Positions 33,021-44,000 of a stretch of DNA of 64,000 nt are shown here, in pieces. Position numbers and translations under genes: made by a program. The stretch spans positions 29,884,001 to 29,948,000 of the forward strand of contig NC_079168.1 of the NCBI RefSeq assembly GCF_947568905.1. The letters are read 5' to 3'. The notes under the pieces were generated by a model, which ran no database searches, was not told where the DNA came from, and saw only the letters and a program-made list of their open reading frames with translations. This DNA is from Ostrea edulis. Lineage: Eukaryota. Positions within the stretch are counted from its first letter, which is position 1; each line of letters opens with the position of its first letter.

Positions 33021-33977
33021 TCAACGAATATATGAATGGAACACATTGGAGCACCATCGCCCTGCTGCTTGAATAACATTACTGTGGGCCCCTTGCATAG
33101 CCAGGGTAGTAGCTGCTCCTATTCTGAACGAATGGGAGTTATAATTTGTGGTGTCAATCCCAAGGATAGTCAAACACCTGTTTAATGTTGCACAAAACTG
33201 ATAACGAGTTAGAGGCTGTCCCCCAAAATGAACAAACAAGGGGCCCTTTTTCGCAGGGTGGGATTGTATATAAGCCCGCATAGAGGCAAATGGGCATGCT
33301 GTGGCATGGGATGCTGTAATACTGAGAATTGTACCTACACCTAACTGGTCGGTCTTTGAACGCTTAATAGTGAGTTGAATTTTGGACTGAAGCAAAATAA
33401 CGTCATCGAACTGTAGTATTGATTGAGGATTGTTGCCTTTAGATAGTGCAATTTCGCCTATGCGCAAGAAAGCATGAAATGTCAATGTAAAGGCCGCGGA
33501 AAATAATTTGGTTTCATAAAGGTTGTGATATGCTGAGTGTAAAATTGAAACGATACGGTTCAAAAGCTCCAATGTAATGGGCAGTCGCGAGTCTTTACTA
33601 TGCGTGCTAGTTCTTTGCATGCCCTGCAAAAGTTTTCTGATGATAAACTGACCAGTAGGGTCAATATTGTGCGAGACTTTGGTATAAAAACTAATTGCCG
33701 CAATGTACGATTGCGCTGTGGAGTGTTTGTAGCCCATTATTGACAAGTATGCAATAAACTGTGTGATGTGCGAGTCCGGTGGAGGCCAAATCTGTTGGAG
33801 ATTATGTATTCTACGAAAGGCCTTGATGCCTACACGATGTGATGATTTAGTGTTGGTTGCTACCGAAGCATCTAACAACTGATGGATCTGACTTCTGAGA
33901 GCCTCTTCAGGAATTGGACTGGGATTGACCGGGGGTGTTCGTCTGCTTGTGGCGCAACCAACTTCATGATGTCCCAC
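33021..33977 (-). CDS. tyrosine recombinase (YR) of the Ngaro element
   Basis: 318-aa ORF with catalytic motifs FLRIGEI, KRSKTDQ, HSFRIGAAT and GRWCSNVFHSYIR. Confidence 0.92.
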   Translation of the reverse strand: MGHHEVGCATSRRTPPVNPSPIPEEALRSQIHQLLDASVATNTKSSHRVGIKAFRRIHNLQQIWPPPDSHITQFIAYLSIMGYKHSTAQSYIAAISFYTKVSHNIDPTGQFIIRKLLQGMQRTSTHSKDSRLPITLELLNRIVSILHSAYHNLYETKLFSAAFTLTFHAFLRIGEIALSKGNNPQSILQFDDVILLQSKIQLTIKRSKTDQLGVGTILSITASHATACPFASMRAYIQSHPAKKGPLFVHFGGQPLTRYQFCATLNRCLTILGIDTTNYNSHSFRIGAATTLAMQGAHSNVIQAAGRWCSNVFHSYIR

Positions 33978-35611
33978 TGTTTACGAGATATTGCGTCAGC
34001 AATTACATTAACTTTGCCTGGTATATGTTCGGCTTTGAACTGAATATTGTGTTTGAGTGCCATAAGTACTAATGGTCTAATAAAATGCATTACCCTATGT
34101 GACTTAGCAGACTGTTTGTTTAGAATGTGTACCAGGGCAAGGTTGTCCACGTGAAGAATAACTTTTTTGTTTTGCAAACTGAGGCCCCATATTGTAAAGG
34201 CTAGGACGATAGGCACTAATTCCAGAAAAGTTATGTCCCTCAAAATTGGGGTGCTTAACCAACTGGTTGGCCACGATAAATGAGCCCACTGACCTTGAAA
34301 GTAACACCCACAACCCAGGTTGACAGAACCGGCACTATCTGTGAAAAGTCGCAAGGTGTCTGGAGTCGCCCATTCACTTTCAGGAAAATACACAATGCCA
34401 TTAAAATTATTCAAAAATTCCAACCAAATATACAAGTCCTGACGTAGGGGCTCAGTGATTCCAATATGATGGTAATGCCTATATGTCCCTGATAATGCAT
34501 TGTAAAACCGTCTTATAAAAGCCCGACTTCCAGGTATAGCTCGGCTGAAGAAATTGAGCTTACCAACTAATGTCTCCAATTCTGCAAAACGGATTTTTTT
34601 GCGAGAAATCCCACTTTGTAATAGTTGTTGGAGTTCAACAATTTTGTGTACTGGTATCAGCATTTGCATCTTAACCGTATTTATATCTAACCCCAGGAAA
34701 GTGAGGTGCGTGGTAGGCTCAATGGTTTTGTCTGGGTTCAGGGGTACACCTAACTCGGCGCAAATATCTTGAAAACTATGGAACAAGGCGAGGCAGTGGT
34801 TTGAATTGTGTCGACCGGCAAATATGAAATCATCCAAGTAATGATGTACTGTGTTGAGATGCGTTTTGAATTTAACGACCCATTCCAAAAAAGAGGAAAA
34901 AGTTTCAAATATTTTACATGATATTGAGGAACCAAAGGGGAGGCATTTATCAATGAAATATGCACCCTTAATATATAGTCCCAAGAGCTCAAAATCACCA
35001 GGGTATATGGGCAATAAACGGAATGCATTTTTTATGACAGCCTTTGTTAGGAGAGCTCCCTTACCTAATGTACCTATGGTCTCAACTACTGTGTCAAATT
35101 GGGTATACGAGACAGAGGTGAAAGCCGGATCTATGTTGTGATTGATACTAAAGGACGGGGGGTAAGATAAATGCATAATCATTCTCCAACCCCCATCTGA
35201 CTTGGGAACAACCCCAATTGGGGATACATGTAAATTATGCATAGGTGGCCTAGGATAGGGACCTCCCATACGACCAGCTGCAACCTCACTCAAAATTTTT
35301 TCATGAAGCACTTGCTCATGATCCAAGGCCGACGATAAATGTTTTGAAAAAAGTGAAATTCGGGGCCCAGAGTATTGAAGCCTAAATCCATGACAAAAAC
35401 CATCTAACAAATATTCAGCCGTAACTAGATCTGGGTAACTATCCAAATATTTCAGTAAAGAGTTAATAATTACTGGGGAAAGGCCTAGGTCCCACGTGCT
35501 TGTGTTGTGCGGGGTTTCGATTCCATGACTGTTGCGCTGGGCCTGATTTGTGGCGAAACGACTTGTTAGTGCTTGCTGTTGGTGCCCGAAAAGCATGATT
35601 GAAACTAGCAT
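33872..35611 (-). CDS. reverse transcriptase / RNase H of the Ngaro element (first catalytic Asp mutated)
   Basis: SPIGVVPKSDGGWRMIMHLSYP, LPFGSSISC, HYLDDF, and RNase H motifs FTDS...LELVP...VDN...HIPGKVNVIADAISR. Motif A reads KAVIKNAFR (GTC, Val) where KxDxxxAFR is expected. Confidence 0.92.
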   Translation of the reverse strand: MLVSIMLFGHQQQALTSRFATNQAQRNSHGIETPHNTSTWDLGLSPVIINSLLKYLDSYPDLVTAEYLLDGFCHGFRLQYSGPRISLFSKHLSSALDHEQVLHEKILSEVAAGRMGGPYPRPPMHNLHVSPIGVVPKSDGGWRMIMHLSYPPSFSINHNIDPAFTSVSYTQFDTVVETIGTLGKGALLTKAVIKNAFRLLPIYPGDFELLGLYIKGAYFIDKCLPFGSSISCKIFETFSSFLEWVVKFKTHLNTVHHYLDDFIFAGRHNSNHCLALFHSFQDICAELGVPLNPDKTIEPTTHLTFLGLDINTVKMQMLIPVHKIVELQQLLQSGISRKKIRFAELETLVGKLNFFSRAIPGSRAFIRRFYNALSGTYRHYHHIGITEPLRQDLYIWLEFLNNFNGIVYFPESEWATPDTLRLFTDSAGSVNLGCGCYFQGQWAHLSWPTSWLSTPILRDITFLELVPIVLAFTIWGLSLQNKKVILHVDNLALVHILNKQSAKSHRVMHFIRPLVLMALKHNIQFKAEHIPGKVNVIADAISRKQWDIMKLVAPQADEHPRSIPVQFLKRLSEVRSISC

Positions 35612-36654
35612 TGGATTGACTAGAGGTTATGTTGGGGTTGGTGCACGACAGCGATAGGTGTTTGCCATCGCATTTCAGGCAGCGGTGGGCATACCCACAT
35701 TGCACTTTGTCACATGCACCCTTATAATTATAATCGAAGCACTTGTGAAGGGGATTAGTGCCTGGCCTATCTGGTGTGGGGGTCATATAGAGTAGCCACA
35801 GTTCACTATCTACTGTTCCCCAGTCTCGAGAAGAGTTGTGCGCCATTCTTAGACGAAACTGTTCGTTGTAGGTAGCCCACCCCATGGATTTCATAGAACC
35901 TAAGCGAATATCGTGCAAGTATTTAAACAACTGCTGTGTTCTATGTGGGTGTGCTGCCGTGTAGATGCTAGCATAAATAAGGAATGCATCAGACCATCTC
36001 TCGATTGAAACAATTTTGTTGGAGTACTTTGGCTGCGTAACGAGATTGCCCTACGAGTCAATGCTTAGAGTGGCAGCTGACTGGGTATTGACTGGATTCC
36101 TAACGAGCAGCACCGCTAAGTTGACAAATTCCCCCGCGATATTTTTTTGCTTAGTAGAATGGTCTACATGGTACCCAATGGGAAAATCAATAGAATCATG
36201 CAAGGGGGGAGAGGGAAGATGGGCATTTTGCACATTGCTAACATCAGGTGCTATAGGCCTAGGTAAGCTAGATGAGCAGGCACTTACCCCAGTATCAATT
36301 GTGTGAAATTGACTAGCTAAATTTGGAGGGTGTACAACTGGGGGAACAAAATAAGCCATACCCGGATTCTGTTCTGTGATTTCCGAGTCCGAGTTGTCCA
36401 ACTGTGGGGCCTGTGAGGATGCCTGGGAGCCTCGACTTGCTGTCGTGGACTCCGTGCGTTGGTCCTGCTGTCCGCGACGCCGGGTGTCGTTGCCCGCTGC
36501 TGAAGTCAGTGGAGCAGACTGTCTTTTTCCGTGGCTCAGGTGTGGTCACCGCGGATTGATCTTGCCGCCGGCGGTGACCGCGTGTGACATGAGGTTCCGG
36601 CTGGGGCAGAGTTCTAGCTATCCGGCTGGATCTCTTGGGTTTTGTCTTAGGCAT
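35463..36654 (-). pseudogene. gag-like ORF1 of the Ngaro element (frameshift plus premature stop)
   Basis: ATG at 36654 (MPKTKPKRSS). ORF pieces 36313-36669, 36051-36401 and 35463-35930 join through a frameshift and an in-frame TAG at 36051-36053 (IDS*GNLV...ERWSDAF). C-terminal Cys/His knuckle CFDYN...C...CGYAHRCLKCDGKH. Confidence 0.82.
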
Positions 36655-36676
36655 GGTTACCAGTAACAATATAGAA

Positions 36677-36679
<3 letters not shown>

Positions 36680-36707
<28 letters not shown>
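36680..36707. repeat. (AAT)n microsatellite
   Basis: Direct reading. Confidence 0.9.
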
Positions 36708-36710
<3 letters not shown>

Positions 36711-37212
36711 TAGGAAATACAAGTTATCGGTATAGATATAATGATATTGTAGTTGGGAACGAACTAAATGTGCAGCGAGGGATGGCACGTTGGTATAACG
36801 AATTTCCCAATCCGTTCCAATCTGAATAAAATCAAGCCATCCGTACACCACTAGCAGTAAAACGTTAAAATAAATGTCTAAATAAACTAATTCAAACACA
36901 TTAGCTGCATAAATGTTGATTTCAAAGGATGTTTTCAGGAGCGGATTTTGGTACGTCTTCCCGATCTAAATATAGGTTTGAAAGAGAAAGTGGCGAGAAT
37001 TCTAACATCCGGGGTTGGTTTGCTCAGCCGCAAAATTTCCGGAATTGCAAACTGATACCCTTGTATAAAATTCGCATATATTAGACGAGCTACCATATGC
37101 GATATTATATTCAGATGGTAATCTGGGAAAAGTTGCCCATTTAGAAAAGACAAAAAGGAATTTGAAATCAAACTTGAAGCAAAGTCAAAGGAAATGTCTT
37201 TATATCTTATAT

Positions 37213-37483
37213 TAACGGCAAACTAACAACTCAACTTTATGACAAACGGGATGATTTCAACTTCTCCATCGTCAACATCCCATATTTATGTAGCAAAGCT
37301 GCAATATTCCATTATCACCTGCATATGGTGTTTACCTCTCTCAACTGCTTCGATACGCAATAGTTTGTTCTGTGTATGGTCAGTTTTTAAATCGAAGCCG
37401 GCTACTGACAAATGGGTTGATGGTGCAGGGGTTCTAACAGTCTCGTTTAAAATCAGCATTTCGCAAATTCTATGGTCGTTATA
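37213..37483 (+). mobile_element. PLE RT fragment (thumb region)
   Basis: Translates, with one frameshift and a stop, as GKLTTQLYDKRDDFNFSIVNIPYLCS..IPLSPAYGVYLSQLLRYA...RLKSAFRKFYGRYN. Confidence 0.8.
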
Positions 37484-37494
37484 ATTAGTATATA

Positions 37495-38545
37495 TACTAC
37501 TACTGGTCAGTTTTCGGGCAGTGCGAAGTTCGTTACAAGCAACGAAGGTCGCTTTTGTATTTCTGTGCCTTGTACCATAGTTTGGTGTGCTTTCTTTTGT
37601 TAAAAGTGTGGATTATCTGTACATAACCCACACTTTCCTTCAAACTCCGCCCACATTCTCGAGAGAAAAAACAACAACATCACTGTCCACTGTATGAAGT
37701 TCCTCCAGATCAAAATTGCACATATCAAACACAGAAACTGACTCAGACTCCAAATACAATATAGATATTCGCACTGAATCTCACTTAAACCTTGATACAA
37801 ATTAATATCCTCAATGGTCTCGTCCCAAAGACTTTCTATTTCCATATTCTCCTCAAGTCGAGAAACACGTGTACGTAGAAATATAAAAGACCCAGTCATG
37901 TGATAAGAACGCGTTTGAGAGATAAACTTGTTTAGCGGACAGAGTGAATCAGACTTGTGTTTCTTTTATGGTTTCGCATCTTACAATTCTTTTTTTTCTC
38001 TCTCTCTTATGTTTCACCATTTTTTAAAATCTATTGTATATACATGTAAATGGTTTTCCAGCCAATTTAGTCAAAATATGTATTAGAATAAAGGATATCA
38101 AATAGGATTTTCAAAAGAGTAACTACAATCATCAGTTGAATATATTGATAAATTTTTAAACAGAAAAATGCACGAATATGGGTTCTTAGAATTTTATTTG
38201 AATTTTTAAATTTCAATTCTTTAAAGCCAATACCGGTACTAAAAGTCGGAGAATGCGTGTAAATGTTAAATAAAAATATGGTGTACAAAGTTTAATGTAA
38301 AGGCATACAATTGGCATCATATTGTAAACAGGCGAACGCGCTTCCGAAAGCTATAACAAAATATAATGAATAATTGTAAGCTATGGTACAAGTCACTTAC
38401 CCCAAATAATATTGTTCATTATGTGCAGATACCCGATGGGCGTGGTCATAATGACACTCGGGAGCTACGCTCCCTCGTGTCATTATGACCACACCCATCG
38501 GGTATCTGCACATAACCAACAATATCATATGGGATAACTACTACT
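37495..38545 (+). mobile_element. unclassified ~1-kb repeat ending in a ~70-bp-stem hairpin
   Basis: Second copy at 21285-21670. Hairpin at about 38390-38542 centred on GGGAGC-TAC-GCTCCC. ACTACTAC-like sequence at both ends. Confidence 0.6.
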
Positions 38546-40371
38546 TAGCCTTGAATATAATGTCGTCAGACCACGAGACAAATAACACGAGCTGAAGGAT
38601 ATGGAAAAACCACGAGCTAGGTCCAATATCATGGGTGAAGATTTCGACATTGTAATTTTGACCCCATGTTCAAATTGAGATTTCAGTGATGCATTTAAAT
38701 TCTAAGAAGGAAGCTCTCCTACCGGAATATACTTTTATGCATAGCAACAAATCATATTTGGAACACTGTTAAAATATAAGTTGTTTCCGACATTGCTGAT
38801 AGTAGTGAGAATGCCGCCAAAATTTTCTCGGCTATACCAAGAGCCACCGCAGCTAAAATAGAAAATCCGGCGCATTCGATGGTTTCTCCAATCAGCAGCT
38901 ATTTCTCAGAAATGCCAAGTTCGAATTTCGACAAGAGTATTCTTTAAGAGCATTTCCACCGAGTTATAGGAAACCTCTGCCATTCCTGCAGGCTCTCGGT
39001 TCATTTTGTCAGGTTTTGTCTGTACACCGAGCAGATGCAAGCCATGCGTCAATACACAATCAACTTTGGAACCGTTCCAACTCAACATATCAGCAAACCA
39101 CAGCAAGTCAGCAGTGAAGTTGAGTACTTTAATTTGAATAATGAAAATTGCAGAGCTGAATTTACTGCTACATGTAAAATTTATACGGTACCAATTTTGA
39201 TGCACCCGCTGCGCATTTCGACAAATAATGTCTCTTCAGTGATGCTCAACCGAAATGTTTGAAATCCGAAATAACAATGAAGTTTTAGAGCTATTATAGG
39301 GAAAAACAGTGTGCCAAAATGTGGAGTCAAACCTATCGTAACCATCAATCATTGATATACAATTGTTGAAATTTTGGAAAACGTAAAACTGATTTCTACA
39401 TAGTCAACGTTGTTACTTTTGGTTATAACTTTACACGGTAAAGTATTTTTATTAAATAACAAATACAGAATTTTTTGAAAGGGCTATCCTTGGTTTTTTA
39501 GCAAATTTTGTTTCTAGCCACCCTATTGTGTAAACCCACTAACCATGTACATGTTATCAAGAAGAATACCAGATTGACGTTTGACCTCATACACGTTGGC
39601 AACTGCTTTCTAGCGTTTCAGTGGGTTTGGCAATTGCGTATGATAAATCCTAGGACAAGTGGTTTTCCCCATATCAATATTTACCCAGATCATTTTAAAT
39701 ACACAGGGTTTTCTTCGAATTTCAACGGCACGGTACGACATTTCACTTTTACAGTCCTGTCATTCGCGTTAAGAGGCTGCTTAAATTTTCACATAAAGTC
39801 TTACGACCTGTAGTTTTGCACTGGCGAACTCAAGCATACATCTATAAAATCACATGTAAATACCACTGGATTTGCTATTTCCAAGCTAACTGCAATAACA
39901 TATCACCAAGTTTTAAATATTTTTAGCCATCAAGAAAAGTATTTCCACCCAATAAAAGCTTAGAATGGTTCGCCTTTGAATGGAAGTAAAACTCGGTTTT
40001 ATAGGTATATCCGTGGAAAACCCATAATGATTACGTGTTAAGATTAACACTTGGAGAGATTAAAAGCGGGTATGGTTGGGTAACTTCCTGCAAATTGCAT
40101 TTGGTCCGGATTGTTCATACTACAACTAAAAAGTTATCTACTTTGATTTCAAACATGCTTTCTCAGGATGAACCAAAATTTTGATTTTACAACGCTAACA
40201 AATAGCTAGGCAATTTTCTGGAAGGAATTTTGATTGGTTTTATCATAGACATTTTGAAGTTTAAATATTCTAAAAAAAATTATTTTCCCCTGGATCGAAA
40301 GGCATTTTTGAAGAATGGAAAACTGCACTTTGGATATTTTAGTTAATAAATGTATGGCTGTTATCTGTTTA

Positions 40372-40642
40372 CAGAGGACTGCTCTTCTACATGTATATCA
40401 ACATATATAATAACGTTTGATAATTGGTTGTCATGGGAACGGAGGCCTGCTTTCCTACATGCATATCAACATACATAACATTTAATCATTGGTTGGCATG
40501 GGAACAGAGGACTGCTCTCCTACATGTATATTAACCTATAGAACATTTGATCATCGGTTGTCCTGGAAACGGAGGACTGCTCTCCTACATGTGTACTAAC
40601 ATATATAACATTTATTCATTGGTTGTCATGGAAACGGAGGAC
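40372..40642 (+). repeat. ~66-bp tandem repeat x4
   Basis: CRGAGGACTGCT...CCTACATG...GGTTGTCATGGRAA units starting at about 40372, 40440, 40506 and 40570. Confidence 0.85.
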
Positions 40643-41034
40643 AAATTCATGGTAATTTGCTGAGCTCATAATTTATGAAAAGTAATTCCTTTACGGAACT
40701 TAATCTGATGCAAGAGAAATATTCCTTGACTTTTCTTTTGATAAAGTTTTTGACTTTCGTATTGACATTAAAATCTTGCTCAGTGTAAAACTTATATGAT
40801 ACCAATGTGAACAAAACCACTCAGTCTCAAAACATCAGAAAGGTTTTCTTTTTCCGTGTTTTTTTTTTTTTTTTACGATATCATCTCTGCCATTGTAATT
40901 ACACACAAACACTGTATATACTGCTTGAAATGATTGTATTTATTGATTGGTGAAATCAATATAACAAAAACATGGATTTAACAATTTAACAATTGAATGA
41001 TAAATCAAAGTTAGTATTAACAGTGTTTTTCAGG

Positions 41035-44000
41035 TTAACGGCATTTGCTGTCAACCTCCCAGCTGTTAACGAACGGATCCACATCGTTTACAGTTCGCCG
41101 TGATGATGTCATCATGTCGTCATACACTTCATTGTTGTTGGTTCCAAAAAGTCCACCTACTTTTCCGTGGTACCATCCACTTACAACGAGTTTAAGTTGA
41201 TCTCTTGGAATGTTGTAGGTGACGGTGAATCCACGGCCGTACACGTTAAAGGACTGCTCCTCTGAAACCACACTTAATTCTCCAGATCTGTATGGGGTGC
41301 TGATAATTTTTCCATCAACACGAAGCTGCAATAGAATTTAAAGTTTTGGAAATTGGTCAAGGATCTTAATTTTTTATGTCGGGGTAAAGAAGAATGATAC
41401 CCAATTCAAATTCCATGCAGATTAATTTGATTATTTAAAGAAATTCATACCTTCCCATTAGGGGCGATTTGGAGTATCTGATTGGCTGTCATGATGATGA
41501 GTTGTTTCTTGTCTTTTCCGAGGACATTCATGATGACAGAGAAATTTCCATCAGTGTAGTCTCGTGCTAGAACGTATGAACATTTTCCAGAGAAATCGTA
41601 CTCCTCACCATCGAAAGTTGTGACGCGGTTGCCATTCAGAGTAGCAACAGCTGAAATAGAACGATGATATTAATTCAGAACTGAATATATACTAATTACA
41701 ACAATGAAATAACAAATTAATTCCAGAAGATATACATGTATTACGAAGACATTTCAGTACCTCTGAATGGTGGAATCCAGTTAGAAACATCAGAATCGGG
41801 AATGTACTCCGACAGAGATCCCCATTTGTTGGAATATTTTGGGACATAGGAGTGGAGTCGATTGACATACTTGGCGACCGATATTTTAGGAAGTTCCCTC
41901 AAAGACGGCATAGCTACAGGCAGGTAAGTGTCCATTTGTATTTCCCCTGATTTTGGGTTGAAAACAGTAATCCTAGAGTTTTGAAGGTTGGAAATGGAAT
42001 TCTTGAGAATCGCAAACTCCTCCTCAATGTCTATTTTGATCATATCAAAGATGTTGGTCATGACAGATTTGATATTTTCCTCCACTTCCCAAAATTTGTA
42101 TGCGTTTTTAGCCTACAAATGTATGAGATACATGTAATATATTCATTCCGAAACAGAGATTTAATATTGCGATTTTAAAATCTTACGATAAAAGCAAATT
42201 GTCCTAACCAGTTGATAACTTTGATCTCCAGCCTGTTTAATGGTTTTTAATACAGGTCCATTCATTCTAGAAGCGATTTGGTCCCTGGCATTGTAGATGG
42301 CGTTTGTATACTGACTAGCCATATCTGGCACTTCCATTTCACTAAGTGTTCTTGAATATACATCGTACTTTGATTTTAAGTACTCAGATACGTGGTTTCC
42401 TGATAATTTGGACACCGCAGCTTCAATGAGGAAGATGGAAATAATAAATAGAGGGAAAAGGTGCAACATAAGCATTCATTTAGATCAATATTAACCTAGT
42501 AATAAAAAATCTTAAAACTACCTTGGTATTTTTTCATAGAACTTTCAATGACAGCAGACAATTCAACAAACTGTTGTTCAATGAAATTCATCAGTTCAGC
42601 ATAATTCTTGCTGCCTCTTGATTCCATCAGCTTAAAAACAAAACAGAAACAGTATACTTTCTGCATAATATCACCAAACATAGCATACAACTTTTGGGGA
42701 AAACATGTCTTACTGTAATTATTTCCTTGGTGGCCTCCACGTAAACGTTGTACGCTTCTTTACCGGGAAAATTCTGCCATTCAACAGGGTTGCTTTTAAT
42801 TATCTTTCTGAAATGAAAGACAAACCGAATGTAAAATAATAAAGAAGTCTTCCAAGCTTTATTTCGTATTTTGTTGCAGTTGGATTGTGTTTTCTTTTCT
42901 CATTTCTTGAATGGTGTGTAGTGAAATACCTGATGAGTGTCATATCAACAGTGGGATAGTTCTTTTCGATTTCAGTCATGATCTCCTCCATAAATTTACC
43001 ATATGGGCGGTATCCCTCACTGGCAGCCTGACGGATCAAATTGTATTTGGAATTCAGTTCGTCACCCACGGCTTTGGCTGCTTCAGAGAAAGCGGTGTTC
43101 ATTTGCCTGCTGGTCAGAGCTATCTTTGCAAGTCCAGATACCTTTGAATATGAAGATAAGAAATAAATTAGAGTGATTTCAAACACAAGAAAAGAGTCTA
43201 GCGAAATAGAAAAAAAAACTTTTCCTTATAAATGGAATCCAGGTATTACTTACTTTGAGATCCTGGATCATGGAAGGTCTCCAATGAATACGAGTGTGCA
43301 GGATTCTTGATGTATTCAATCTCATTGCTAGGAGATTATCTGTAATTCTACGAGAATTTTCATCTCGGTACACCTCGGCAAGAATGGCACTGTCGTTCAC
43401 GTACTTAGCAATGAAGTGCAACACATTCGCTGGGTTATCTGAACAAACAAATATTTTGTTAATCTTTCAGAAAAAGTAACCAGTATATTGTCGAGAGTAT
43501 CCAATGAAATTACACTTTACCTATGTCATAGTTAATTTGTGCATCCAGTAATTTGTTTTCAGGGTCGAAAGTGATGCGAGAGTCAATTTCCTTTGTGTTA
43601 TCGTACATGTTGCGCAAACTCAGTCTGTATGGTTTGGTTTCGATCTTTCCGGACATAATCATCGATTTAATGGGTGAGGTCACCTGGAATATAAAAGAAT
43701 ATTGCAAAATAATTACAACAAAATAGAAGCAAAGATATTGGAAGGAAGTCCATTAATTTAACCTACTATTTACCTCAACATTTATTTGGCGACGAAGGCT
43801 GTCGATTTCTCCCATCAGAGCAAAGTTTTTATTGATACGTTTCGATGTTAGGTAGTCAACCTTGATTCCGCTGGAGTACTTTTCATCTGACATTCCAACA
43901 TGTGATTTAAACTGAACATCAACACTGCTGAAGATGTGCCTCAGTCCGAAGCTAAAGGTATAGTTTTTGTTGGATCCTCTTGAGATGTCCTCAATTCTGG

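Larger units (their letters stand above)
31600..36900 (-). mobile_element. Ngaro/DIRS-class tyrosine-recombinase retrotransposon, decayed; boundaries approximate
   Basis: Overlapping gag - RT/RNase H - YR ORFs followed by an SGNH hydrolase ORF, all on the minus strand. Split direct repeats could not be identified by eye. Confidence 0.9.

Noticed and set aside
38880-40330. Short ORFs and repeat-like sequence downstream of the lipid transfer gene, considered as extra 3' exons
   Set aside because: The gene already has an in-frame stop at 41035, and no frame here resembles an LLTP C-terminus.
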